Numbered from the stretch's first letter, positions 50,029-58,871 are shown. The stretch: 64,000 nt of DNA from an uncultured Alteromonadaceae bacterium (GCA_964438205.1 CAYTJQ010000006.1:19594-83593); one strand, 5' to 3'. A program made the numbers and translations. The notes: generated from the letters alone by a model not told the origin.

Positions 50029-51147
50029 GTGGAATTCCTGAGTGAGACCGGCCTTTTCCTGGCACAGGCAATCAGCGTGGTCCTCGCGCTGCTCCTGCTG
50101 GTGCTCGGCATCGCCGTGATCGCCCAGCGGCAGAAGAAGGCCGGCAGCGACGGCCACATGGAAGTGCGCAAGCTGCACGAGCGCTACCGGCATCACGCCG
50201 ATACGCTGGCCGAGGCCCTGGACCCGGAGGGCGCCAGGGCGGCGGCCAAGGCCCGGGAAAAAGCGGAAAAGACTGCGGCAAAGGCCCGCAGGAAAGCGCA
50301 CAAGCGGGCGCAGAGGGCGTCCCGCAAGGGCGCTGAAAAATCTCTCGGGAAGGACGCCTCAGAAAGCGCCCGGAGCGAAGGTCCCCGCGAGCGGCCGGTG
50401 ACCTTCGTGCTCGACTTCGAGGGTGACCTGCGCGCGGCCGCCGCCGAGCAGCTTCGGGAAGAGGTAAGTGCGGTACTCGCCGCCCGGAGCGAGGGTGACG
50501 AAGTAATCCTGCGCCTGGAAAGCCCGGGTGGCATCGTCCATGGCTACGGTCTTGCCGCGAGCCAGCTCCAGCGCCTGCGCGACGCCGGCATGCCGCTGAC
50601 GGTCTGCGTCGACAAGGTCGCCGCCAGCGGCGGTTACATGATGGCCTGCGTTGCCGAACGGATCGTCGCGGCGCCCTTCGCCGTACTCGGCTCCATCGGG
50701 GTCGTGGCCCAGCTGCCGAACTTCCATCGTTTCCTGAAGAAGCACGACGTCGACGTGGAGCTGCTCACCGCCGGCGAGTACAAGCGCACGCTGACCCTCT
50801 TCGGGGAAAACACGGACAAGGGCCGGCAGAAGTTCCAGGAGGAGCTCGAGGATACGCACGAGCTGTTCAAGGCGTTCGTGCACGAGAACCGCCCGGCGCT
50901 GGACGTGGCCGCGGTCGCCACCGGCGAGATCTGGTACGGGCGCCGGGCGCTGGAGGCGGGGCTGGTCGACGAACTCAGCACCTCCGATGCGCTGCTGACG
51001 TCGCTGGCGGCGGACCGGGACCTGCTGTCGGTGCGCTTTGTCCAGCGCCGCAGCTGGCAGGACCGGTTCGGCATGGCGGCCGAGGAGGCGGTGACACGCG
51101 CCATCCTCAGGCTCTGGCAGCGCGGCCTCGATCGGCGCCAGGTCTGA
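50029..51147 (+). CDS. sohB: Inner-membrane peptidase S49 family protease SohB
   Basis: GTG start VEFLSETGLFLAQAI parallels E. coli MELLSEYGLFLAK (recalled from memory). S49 motif DKVAASGGYMMAC. The track ORF is trimmed from 49759. Confidence 0.85.
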   Translation: MEFLSETGLFLAQAISVVLALLLLVLGIAVIAQRQKKAGSDGHMEVRKLHERYRHHADTLAEALDPEGARAAAKAREKAEKTAAKARRKAHKRAQRASRKGAEKSLGKDASESARSEGPRERPVTFVLDFEGDLRAAAAEQLREEVSAVLAARSEGDEVILRLESPGGIVHGYGLAASQLQRLRDAGMPLTVCVDKVAASGGYMMACVAERIVAAPFAVLGSIGVVAQLPNFHRFLKKHDVDVELLTAGEYKRTLTLFGENTDKGRQKFQEELEDTHELFKAFVHENRPALDVAAVATGEIWYGRRALEAGLVDELSTSDALLTSLAADRDLLSVRFVQRRSWQDRFGMAAEEAVTRAILRLWQRGLDRRQV

Positions 51148-51156
51148 ACCCCGGCA

Positions 51157-52884
51157 TCACGGCGCGCCTTCCGGTGGCCGCAGCGCCGCCACGGCCTGGT
51201 GGTGGCTCAGGTAGACCTCGCCGCTCAGGCGATCCAGGAAATCGGTGCGCTTGAGCCCGTCCATCACCGGCCCCTTCACCTCCGACAGGTTCAGGGTGAT
51301 GCCGCGTTCGCGCAGCCGGTGGTCGATGTTGTCCAGGGCTTCGAGGGCCGACAGGTCGATCTCGTTGACGGCCGCGCACTGAAGGATCACGTGCTCCACG
51401 CCCGGCCTTGCGGCGACGATGCCGTAGATCGCGCTCTCGAGGTACGCGGCGTTGACGAAATACAGGCTCTCATCGACGCGGACGGAGACGATGTTCGGAT
51501 AGGTCACCACGTCGTGCCGCTCGATGTTCCGGTAGTGCTCCGTTCCCGGCACCGTGCCCACCACGGCAATATGCGGCCGGGAGGTCTTGTGCAGGTGCAG
51601 GGCGATGGAGGCGATGATGCCCGCGAGCACGCCGAGCTCGACGCCCAGCGCCAGGGTGACGGCGATCGTCGCCGTCACCGCAATGAAGTCCGAGCGCGAA
51701 TAGCGGAAGGCCAGGCGGACGAGGCCCCAGTCGATCAGGGAAGTCACGGCGACGATGATCGTGGCCGCCAGCGTGGCCTGGGGCAGGAAGTACAGCACCG
51801 GGGTCAGGAACAGGGCCGCCAGCGCGATGCCCGCGGCCGTGAAGACGCTGGCGAGCTGGGTCTGCGCCCCCGCATCGAAGTTCACCACGGAGCGCGAGAA
51901 ACCGCCGGTCACGGGGAAACCGCTGGAAATGCCGGACGCCACGTTGGCCGCACCGAGGGCGATCAGTTCCTGGTTCGCGTCGATCGTCTGCCGGCGCTTG
52001 GCGGCCAGGGTACGCCCCACGGACACGGACTCGACGAAGCCGATGATACTGACGAGCAGGGCGGAGACCGCGAGTTCCGACCAGAGCTCGGCGTCGAACA
52101 CCGGGGTGCTGAAGGCGGGCAGGCCGCTCGGTACCGCGCCGACAATGGCGACACCGCGGGCTTCGAAGCCACCCAGGTAGCTGGCCAGGGTCGTGAGGAC
52201 GATGATCAGCACCGGTCCGGCTTTTGCCACCATGCCCGCTACGGACCCCGAAAAGCCGGCGCGGGCGAGCAGGGGTGCCAGGCCCCGGCGAACCCAGAAC
52301 AGGAAGAGCAGAGCGGCAACCCCCGTGCCCAGGGTGACCGTGTTGAAGTCCGCCAGGTGCACGAGCAGCGAGTGACCGAGGTCCAGCAGCGTCTCGCCGT
52401 GCGCATGGATGCCCAGGATATGCCGCAGCTGGGACAGGGCGATGATGATCCCCGACGCCGTGATGAAACCGGAGACCACCGGGTGGGACAGCAGGTTCGC
52501 CAGCACGCCGAAGCGCAGCAGCCCCATGGCGGCGAGCATCACACCGGACATCAGGGCCATGGCCACCGCGGCGCTGGCGTAATCGGCGGTCCCCGCCTGG
52601 GCGACCTTGCCCACGGCCGTTGCCGTCATGAGGGAGGCCACGGCAACGGGGCCGACCGAGAGCGTACGGCTGGTGCCCAACAGCGCATAGGCCACCAGCG
52701 GCAGGATGCTCGCATAGAGGCCCATCTCCGGCGGCAGCCCGGCGAGGAGGGCATAGGCGAGGGACTGCGGGATCAGCATGATCGTGACGATCACCGCCGC
52801 CAGCAGGTCGCTCGCCAGCGTCGGGCCGTCGTAGCCCCGGAGCCACGCCAGGGGCGGCAGGAAGCGGGACGGGCCTCCGTTCAT
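51157..52884 (-). CDS. SulP-family anion transporter with C-terminal STAS domain
   Basis: About 575 aa from ATG 52884 (ATGA overlap with the upstream gene). Multi-TM core plus a STAS tail (LDNIDHRLRERGITLNLSEVKGPV). Confidence 0.9.
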   Translation of the reverse strand: MNGGPSRFLPPLAWLRGYDGPTLASDLLAAVIVTIMLIPQSLAYALLAGLPPEMGLYASILPLVAYALLGTSRTLSVGPVAVASLMTATAVGKVAQAGTADYASAAVAMALMSGVMLAAMGLLRFGVLANLLSHPVVSGFITASGIIIALSQLRHILGIHAHGETLLDLGHSLLVHLADFNTVTLGTGVAALLFLFWVRRGLAPLLARAGFSGSVAGMVAKAGPVLIIVLTTLASYLGGFEARGVAIVGAVPSGLPAFSTPVFDAELWSELAVSALLVSIIGFVESVSVGRTLAAKRRQTIDANQELIALGAANVASGISSGFPVTGGFSRSVVNFDAGAQTQLASVFTAAGIALAALFLTPVLYFLPQATLAATIIVAVTSLIDWGLVRLAFRYSRSDFIAVTATIAVTLALGVELGVLAGIIASIALHLHKTSRPHIAVVGTVPGTEHYRNIERHDVVTYPNIVSVRVDESLYFVNAAYLESAIYGIVAARPGVEHVILQCAAVNEIDLSALEALDNIDHRLRERGITLNLSEVKGPVMDGLKRTDFLDRLSGEVYLSHHQAVAALRPPEGAP

Positions 52885-54578
52885 GCAGCGCCGGCGCCGG
52901 GCTTGCTCCGTTCGGGCTCGACCATCCACTCGCGGCCGCGCAGCATGGCCTTCCAGTAGACCGGCGGCAGGATCTTTTCCTTGAGAATCCAGGCCAGCCG
53001 CGAGGGCTTCTCGCCGTTGATGAGCCAGCGCGGGAAACTCGGCAGCAGCTTGCCGCCGTAGCCGAACTCCGCGAGGACGATCTTGCCCCGTTCCACCGTG
53101 AGCGGGCAGGAGCCGTAGCCGTTGTAGTGCGCGACGCCGCGCGCCTTGCCGATGTCCTGCAACAGGTTGTTGGCGACGATCGGTGCCTGCATGCGGGCCG
53201 CGGCAGCGGTTTTCGCGTTCGGCGCGTTCATGGCGTCGCCGAGGCCCCAGACGTTCGCGTAGCGCTTGTGCTGCAGCGTGTTCTGGTCCACGTCGACCCA
53301 GCCGGCTTCGTCGGCCAGGGGGCTGGCGCGGACGAAGTCCGGAGCCGTCTGCGGCGGCACCACGTGGATCATGTCGAAACGCGTACTTTCCTCCACGGTC
53401 TCGCCGTCGGCGTTCTGCGTCTCGAACCAGGCGGTACGCCCCGGGCCATCCACGCGCACCAGCCGCTTGCCGAAGTTCAGGTCGACCCCGTAGCTCTCCA
53501 TGTAGGACATGAGCGCAGGCACGTATTCCTTGACACCGAAGAGCACCTGGCCGGCGTTGTAGAAGGCGATGTCGATGTCATTCAGGCAGCCGCTGCGCCG
53601 CCAGTGGTCCGACGACATGTACACGGCCTTCTGCGGCGCCCCGGCGCACTTGATGGGCATGGGTGGCTGCGTGAACACGGCGCGGCCGGCGCGCAGCTCG
53701 CTCACCAGCTCCCAGGTGTAGGGGGCGAGGTCGAAGCGGTAGTTGGAGGTCACGCCGTTGTCACCGAGGGTCTCCACCAGGCCCTCGATGCCGTTCCAGT
53801 CGAGCTTGATCCCCGGCGCGACGATGAGCCGGTCATAGTAGACAGGGCGGGCGTCCTCGAGGAGCACGCGGTTGTGGTCCGGCTCCAGGTCGCCGACAGC
53901 CGCCTGGATCCAGGTCACGCCGCGGGGGATGAGCGACGCGGTGGTCTTCACCGTTTCCTGCTGGGTGAACACGCCGGCGCCGACCATGGTCCAGCCGGGC
54001 TGGTAATAGTGCACGGCTGCCGGATCGATGATGGCGATTGCCAGGTCCTGCGTGCGCGCCATGAGGCTCGATGCCACGGCGATACCCGCTGCGCCGGCGC
54101 CGACGATCACGATATCGTAGTGGTCGCGCCGGTGCCCCGGTCCACCGGCGGCTGCCCCTTTGCCCTTCGCTGCAAGGACCTGCGACAGGTCGTAGCCGCA
54201 GGCCTTTGCCCGCGCCAGCAACTCGTCGTCGGGCACGCCGAGGCGGCGCTGGTAGAGCGTCCACAGGGTCATGGAGCGGGTCCCCGTGCGGCAGTAGGCG
54301 TGGATCGGCTTCTCGAGCTTCTCCACGACCGCGAGAAAGTCATCCACGTTCTTCTCGTTCACCCTGCCGGATATCACCGGCACATGGGCGACTTCGAGGC
54401 CGGCATCGCGAGCGACCGCCTCGAGCTCGGTGAACGTGGGCTGATCGTTGGCCTCACCGTCGGGGCGGCTGCAGAGCAGCGATTTCGCGCCGGAGGCGAC
54501 GATCGCCTCGATGTCGGCCGCGGTGATCTGGGCGGAAACGGCGTACTCGTCGCTGACTCTTATGATATCGACGCTCAT
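52881..54578 (-). CDS. sqr: Fusion protein: DUF442 (CX5R phosphatase/sulfurtransferase-like) domain plus type II sulfide:quinone oxidoreductase
   Basis: The N-terminal roughly 130 aa carry the HAYCRTGTRS loop (DUF442/TIGR01244-like). The rest has FAD motif DIVIVGAGAAGIAVA, HYYQPGWTMVGAG (similar to eukaryote-type SQR), KCAGAPQK and GSCPL cysteines. Confidence 0.85.
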   Translation of the reverse strand: MSVDIIRVSDEYAVSAQITAADIEAIVASGAKSLLCSRPDGEANDQPTFTELEAVARDAGLEVAHVPVISGRVNEKNVDDFLAVVEKLEKPIHAYCRTGTRSMTLWTLYQRRLGVPDDELLARAKACGYDLSQVLAAKGKGAAAGGPGHRRDHYDIVIVGAGAAGIAVASSLMARTQDLAIAIIDPAAVHYYQPGWTMVGAGVFTQQETVKTTASLIPRGVTWIQAAVGDLEPDHNRVLLEDARPVYYDRLIVAPGIKLDWNGIEGLVETLGDNGVTSNYRFDLAPYTWELVSELRAGRAVFTQPPMPIKCAGAPQKAVYMSSDHWRRSGCLNDIDIAFYNAGQVLFGVKEYVPALMSYMESYGVDLNFGKRLVRVDGPGRTAWFETQNADGETVEESTRFDMIHVVPPQTAPDFVRASPLADEAGWVDVDQNTLQHKRYANVWGLGDAMNAPNAKTAAAARMQAPIVANNLLQDIGKARGVAHYNGYGSCPLTVERGKIVLAEFGYGGKLLPSFPRWLINGEKPSRLAWILKEKILPPVYWKAMLRGREWMVEPERSKPGAGAA

Positions 54579-54582
54579 GACC

Positions 54583-55515
54583 CTATTCCCCTTTCGGCGC
54601 GAGGCGGCCGAGGTCCGGGCCGCCGAAGGCATTCAGCGGCAGCTTGAGGAAGAAGCGTTCACCCTCCGCCGGCGGCATGTGCCCCGCGCGCATGTTGACC
54701 TGGAGCGAGGGCAGGATCAGCGTCGGCATGCCGAGGGTGGCATCGCGCTTCTCCCGCATGGCCACGAAGGCCTCCTCGCTGACGCCGTCGTGGACGTGGA
54801 TGTTGTCCTTGCGCTCGGCCCCCACGGTCGTTTCGAACTCGAGCTCGCGGCCGTTGGGCAGGTAATCATGGCAGACGAAGACGCGCATGTCCTCGGGCAG
54901 TGCGAGAATGCGCTTGATCGAGCGGAAGAGGGTGGCCGCGTCACCGCCGGGGAAGTCGCAGCGGGCCGTGCCGAAGTCCGGCATGAACAGCGTGTCGCCG
55001 ACGAAGACCGCGTCGCCGAGCACATAGGTCATGCAGGCCGGGGTGTGCCCGGGGGTGTGCATGGCGTAGCCGGTGAGGCCGCCGATATTGATGGCGTCGC
55101 CCTCACCGAGCAGCACGTCGAACTGGGAGCCGTCCCGGGCGAAGCGCTGACCGGCGTCGAAGACCTCGCCGAAGGTCTCCTGCACCGTGGTGATGTGGTC
55201 GCCGATGGCGATTCTGCCGCCGAGTTCCTGCTGCAGGTAGGGTGCGGCAGACAGGTGGTCGGCGTGCACGTGGGTCTCGAGGATCCACTCGAGTTCCAGC
55301 CGGTTGTCGCGAATGAAGCTGATGATCTGGTCGGCACTCGTGTAGCTGACGGTGCCCGACGGGTAGTCGAGGTCGAGGACCGAGTCGACCACAGCGCAGG
55401 CGCTGCTGTCGGGGTCGCGGACCACGTAGCTGAGGGTATTCGTGGGCTCGTCGAAGAAGGGGGTTACCACGGCCTTCAGGGCGTTGCCGGCGGCTTGGGC
55501 ACTTTCCATCGTCAT
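54583..55515 (-). CDS. pdo: Persulfide dioxygenase (ETHE1-like MBL-fold)
   Basis: ETHVHADH metal motif, PGHTPACMTYV, and a C-terminal LILPSLQVNMRAG tail. The start is ATG 55515 or 55509; the latter has better SD spacing. Confidence 0.85.
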   Translation of the reverse strand: MTMESAQAAGNALKAVVTPFFDEPTNTLSYVVRDPDSSACAVVDSVLDLDYPSGTVSYTSADQIISFIRDNRLELEWILETHVHADHLSAAPYLQQELGGRIAIGDHITTVQETFGEVFDAGQRFARDGSQFDVLLGEGDAINIGGLTGYAMHTPGHTPACMTYVLGDAVFVGDTLFMPDFGTARCDFPGGDAATLFRSIKRILALPEDMRVFVCHDYLPNGRELEFETTVGAERKDNIHVHDGVSEEAFVAMREKRDATLGMPTLILPSLQVNMRAGHMPPAEGERFFLKLPLNAFGGPDLGRLAPKGE

Positions 55516-55588
55516 CTCTCCTGGCGTTATCGCTGTCGAGGATTCATGGTGGGCGCGGGCACGGGGCCGGCGCCTCCTGCCCGGGCTA

Positions 55589-55606
55589 GAGCACGAGGCG
55601 TGCCAA
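55589..55606 (-). promoter_or_regulatory. Sigma54 (-24/-12) promoter for the pdo-sqr-sulP operon
   Basis: The minus strand reads TTGGCACGCCTCGTGCTC, which is GG-N10-GC and matches TGGCACG-N4-TTGCW at all but one position. It lies about 75-85 nt upstream of the pdo ATG, facing a divergent sigma54 activator gene. Confidence 0.6.
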
Positions 55607-55628
55607 GGTCGGCAGCGATAACTTCCGC

Positions 55629-55757
55629 ATTGTTGCAACCTGTTGATAGCAGAAGAAATTCATTCAATCGTGGGGTAAACCCCGGGGGTCTACGGGCGGC
55701 GGCGCCTCGCGGGAATGTGCCAACTGTGTCATTATTGGCAAAGATTGTTGACAGAAG
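55629..55757. promoter_or_regulatory. Candidate activator-binding (UAS) repeats in the divergent intergenic region
   Basis: 8-bp palindrome GTTGCAAC (55632-55639). Direct repeats TGTTGA(TAG)CAGAAG at 55641-55655 and TGTTGACAGAAG at 55746-55757. Inverted repeat TGCCAA-N11-TTGGCA at 55718-55740. Confidence 0.35.
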
Positions 55758-55765
55758 TGGCAGCC

Positions 55766-57106
55766 ATGAACGTCATCGCCCGCGATACTCACTCTACCGT
55801 CGCCCGCATGCTCGACAGCTACGACAGCCCGGCGATCCTCGTCAGCCGGGACTACGAGATCCTCGCAACCAACGACCTCTACCGGGAGAAGTTCGGGGAA
55901 CTGGACCCGGGCGGGGAGCCTCCGCGCTGCTACGCCGTCTCCCACGGCTACGACCGCCCCTGCGACGAGGCGGGGGAAACCTGCCCGCTGCGCGCGGCGA
56001 CCGCCTCGGGCAACCGGGAACGCGTGTTGCACATCCACCAGACTCCCCGTGGTGAAGAGCACGTGGACGTGGAGATGCTGCCGGTCTTCGGCGACGAGGG
56101 CGAGCTCGAGTTCTTCATTGAGCTGCTGCGGCCCCTGCGCACCGGCAGCGCCAATGAGCCCGAGCTCGTCATGACCGGCAGTTCCCCGGCCTTCAACGAG
56201 ATGATGGGGCTGATCTCGCGCGTCGCCCCGGGTGATGTCGCCGTACTGCTGTCCGGCGAGTCCGGCGCCGGCAAGGAACTGGCGGCGCACGCCATCCACC
56301 GGCACAGCCGGCGGGCAAAGCGGCACATGGTCACCCTCGAATGCGCCGGCCTCACCGAGACGCTGTTCGAGAGCGAGCTGTTCGGCCATGTGCGCGGCGC
56401 TTTCACCGGGGCGAATTTTCACAAGCCGGGACTGGTGGAGGCGGCGAATGGCGGCACGCTGTTCCTGGACGAGATCGGCGATGTGCCGCTGCCGCTGCAG
56501 GTGAAGCTGCTGCGCCTCATCGAGACGGGCACCTACCGGCAGGTGGGCAGCACGGAGGTGCGCCACTCGGACTTCCGCCTGGTCTGCGCCACGCACAAGG
56601 ACCTGGAGCAGCTGGTGGCCGAGGGACTGTTCCGGGAGGATCTCTTCTACCGCATCAACGTCTTTCCCATCCGGGTCCCTGCGCTGCGCGAGCGGCTGGA
56701 TGACCTCCAGGGCATCGCTCGCCGGATCCTGGAGGAGCTGGGGGAGGGCAGGCACCACCACCTGACCCAGTCCGCCACGGACCGGCTCGGGCAGCACCGC
56801 TTCCCCGGCAATATCCGGGAGCTGCGCAATATCCTCGCCCGGGCCATGCTGCTGGCGAACACCAACGTGATCGACCGGGACGTGATCGATCGCGCGCTCG
56901 CGCCGTCACGGCAGCGGCCGCCGCCGGAGGAGGGCTCCGGTGGCCCCGATGCCGCCATCGACGCCGCCATCCCGGAAGACCTGCGCCTGCGCGCAGCGGA
57001 ACGGCGGTACCTGCGCTGGCTGCTGTCCCACTTCGGCGGCGACAAGCAGCGTGCCGCCGAGGCCGCGGGTATCAGCGTCCGCAGCCTCTATCGAAAGCTG
57101 GCCTGA
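55766..57106 (+). CDS. Sigma54-dependent transcriptional activator, FisR-like (sulfide/sulfane-sulfur responsive, putative)
   Basis: N-terminal sensory domain with Cys55/Cys66/Cys73 (C-X10-C-X6-C). AAA+ core with GESGAGKE and the GAFTGA loop. C-terminal Fis-type HTH ([14 protein letters not shown]). Start trimmed to ATG 55766. Confidence 0.85.
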   Translation: MNVIARDTHSTVARMLDSYDSPAILVSRDYEILATNDLYREKFGELDPGGEPPRCYAVSHGYDRPCDEAGETCPLRAATASGNRERVLHIHQTPRGEEHVDVEMLPVFGDEGELEFFIELLRPLRTGSANEPELVMTGSSPAFNEMMGLISRVAPGDVAVLLSGESGAGKELAAHAIHRHSRRAKRHMVTLECAGLTETLFESELFGHVRGAFTGANFHKPGLVEAANGGTLFLDEIGDVPLPLQVKLLRLIETGTYRQVGSTEVRHSDFRLVCATHKDLEQLVAEGLFREDLFYRINVFPIRVPALRERLDDLQGIARRILEELGEGRHHHLTQSATDRLGQHRFPGNIRELRNILARAMLLANTNVIDRDVIDRALAPSRQRPPPEEGSGGPDAAIDAAIPEDLRLRAAERRYLRWLLSHFGGDKQRAAEAAGISVRSLYRKLA

Positions 57107-57178
57107 CTCAACAACCACCCGCGGCAGGGCACCAGGGGACGGCTCCGGCCAGGCCGGTCCTCGAGCACCCATCGCTAT

Positions 57179-57632
57179 ATTTAACATAAAATATTTGTTG
57201 GCAGCGTAATCCTTAGCAAGGGGCGCACGAAGGCTGTGAAAGTTGTTGCAAAAAACCCGGCAGGCGATCTGAAGAACGCGGCGTAACCTCCTGTATTAGA
57301 ACGATTGCCCTGGCACACAGATTCTTCTTCATCCCTGTTTGTTCTCTCTGCGCCCCGATTCCAAGGTCGCCAGGTGTACGACGCGCTTCCGATCGACAGC
57401 GAAGGGCAGACACCAGGTGCAGCGCCCGTTCGGCGCAGTGATGGACCGCGCCCGTGATCCTTCGAGCGCGTCCTCCGGACGCGGGCGGACCCGGAACCCT
57501 GCGCGAGAGGGGGGAAGTTTTCGTTCGTGAGGGCCGAACCCCGTGAGATGTCGCACTGGCGCATCGTTCTGCCGGTGCCCGGCCGGGTCGGCGCCTTATC
57601 CACAAATGCGCATAATATATATTATGTTAAAT
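57179..57632. repeat. 11-bp perfect inverted repeat pair flanking about 430 bp of non-coding DNA
   Basis: ATTTAACATAA at 57179-57189 and TTATGTTAAAT at 57622-57632, both embedded in AT-rich boxes within a high-GC genome. Confidence 0.85.
57611..57626. repeat. Perfect 16-bp AT-rich palindrome
   Basis: CATAATATATATTATG equals its own reverse complement. It lies about 170 nt upstream of the dehydrogenase ATG. Confidence 0.9.
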
Positions 57633-57798
57633 AAAAGATTTACCCCCGCGATCATCCACAGGCGGGCATGGAGGCGAAAGTAAATAGGTGCCGCCGCCCC
57701 GCCTCTGGCGGCCGCCGGGGCGCTCTGGCACTCTTGGGCCCCGTCTCCCGCCACGGGCGTCGTGCCGGGAGCACTGCCAACGATCCAGAGGAAACGCC

Positions 57799-58809
57799 AT
57801 GCGCGCCTGGCAACTCACCGCTTTCGGTCTCGATCATCTCACGCTCAGCGACATGCCGAAACCGGAGCCCGGTCCCGGCGAGGTCCTGGTGCGCTTTGCA
57901 GCAGCCAGCGTGAACCCCCGGGACAGCCAGATCATCGCCGGGCACTTCACGCCCAACGTCGACTTTCCCCTGGTGCCCCTCTCCGACGGCGCCGGCACGG
58001 TGGCGGCCGTCGGTGAAGACGTCAGCCGCGTGGCCGTCGGTGACCTCGTTGCGCCGACCTTCTTCCCGAACTGGCTCGACGGCGAGGCACTCGGGGACGA
58101 GCGCCAGGTTTCCGGTGGCCTCGAGGCGCCCGGGGTGCTGCGCGAGTACGGCGTTTACGGTGAGCACGCCCTCGTCAAGGCGCCCCCCGGGCTCACGGCG
58201 GCCGAACTCGCCTGCCTTCCCTGCGCGGGCCTCACCGCCTGGACCGCGCTGGTGGAAAAGTCCGGGGTCGGCCCGGGCAGCTGGGTGCTGGTGCAGGGCA
58301 CCGGCGGCGTCGCCACCGCCGCCCTGCAGTTCGCCGCGGCGCTGGGCGCCCACAGCATCGTGCTGTCCTCCAGCGACGAGCGCCTCGCACGGGCCCGAGA
58401 GCTGGGCGCGACGGAGACCATCAACTACCGGGCAACGCCGGACTGGGGCGAGCAGGCCTACGCGCTGGCCGGCCGCGGGGTCGACGCGGTGGTCGAGATC
58501 GGCGGCGCCGGCACCCTGCCCCAGTCCCTGGCCGCCATCCGCCACGGGGGTCACGTGAACGTGATCGGCTACATGGCCGGCGCCGCACTCGACCTGACCG
58601 TGTTCCCGCTCATCATCCGCAACGCCAACATCCACGGTATCGGTACCGGGCACCGGGCCGCCTTCGAAGCCATGCTGGCCTTCGTCGGCGAGAAGAGCCT
58701 GCGACCGGTGATCGCCCGACGCTACGCCTTCGACGAGGCGCCGTCGGCCCTGCGCGACCTGGATACCGGCGGCTTCCAGGGCAAGCTGGTGATCGACCTG
58801 CCGGACTAG
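57799..58809 (+). CDS. Zinc-type alcohol dehydrogenase / quinone oxidoreductase family (MDR) protein
   Basis: Start MRAWQLTAFG with AGAGGA upstream; Rossmann motif VLVQGTGGVATAALQFA. The track ORF is trimmed from 57688. Confidence 0.85.
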   Translation: MRAWQLTAFGLDHLTLSDMPKPEPGPGEVLVRFAAASVNPRDSQIIAGHFTPNVDFPLVPLSDGAGTVAAVGEDVSRVAVGDLVAPTFFPNWLDGEALGDERQVSGGLEAPGVLREYGVYGEHALVKAPPGLTAAELACLPCAGLTAWTALVEKSGVGPGSWVLVQGTGGVATAALQFAAALGAHSIVLSSSDERLARARELGATETINYRATPDWGEQAYALAGRGVDAVVEIGGAGTLPQSLAAIRHGGHVNVIGYMAGAALDLTVFPLIIRNANIHGIGTGHRAAFEAMLAFVGEKSLRPVIARRYAFDEAPSALRDLDTGGFQGKLVIDLPD

Positions 58810-58871
58810 CGTCGACGTACCGCCCCGGCGGGTTTAAGCTTCGGGGTAAAATAAAAAAGGGCAATCCCCTC

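Noticed and set aside
57181-57605. ORFs of 63-140 aa inside the 690-bp spacer (57181-57603, 57213-57605, 57329-57556 and 57339-57530).
   Set aside because: They overlap each other on both strands, have Arg/Pro/Ser-rich nonsense-like products, and lack an SD or any family resemblance.
57311-57731. Additional sigma54-like TGGCAC hexamers at 57311-57316 and 57726-57731 in the long spacer.
   Set aside because: The -12 GC dinucleotide is not at the obligatory GG-N10-GC spacing. The first site has CT there and the second is GG-N9-GC, so neither is a credible sigma54 promoter.
58810-58871. A hairpin (CCCCG...CGGGG) followed by an A-rich tract upstream of the GGDEF-EAL gene, considered as a terminator.
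   Set aside because: The run is A-rich on the plus strand, and on the minus strand the T-run precedes the hairpin instead of following it, so neither orientation gives a hairpin followed by a U-tract. It is more likely an AT-rich promoter or leader region.
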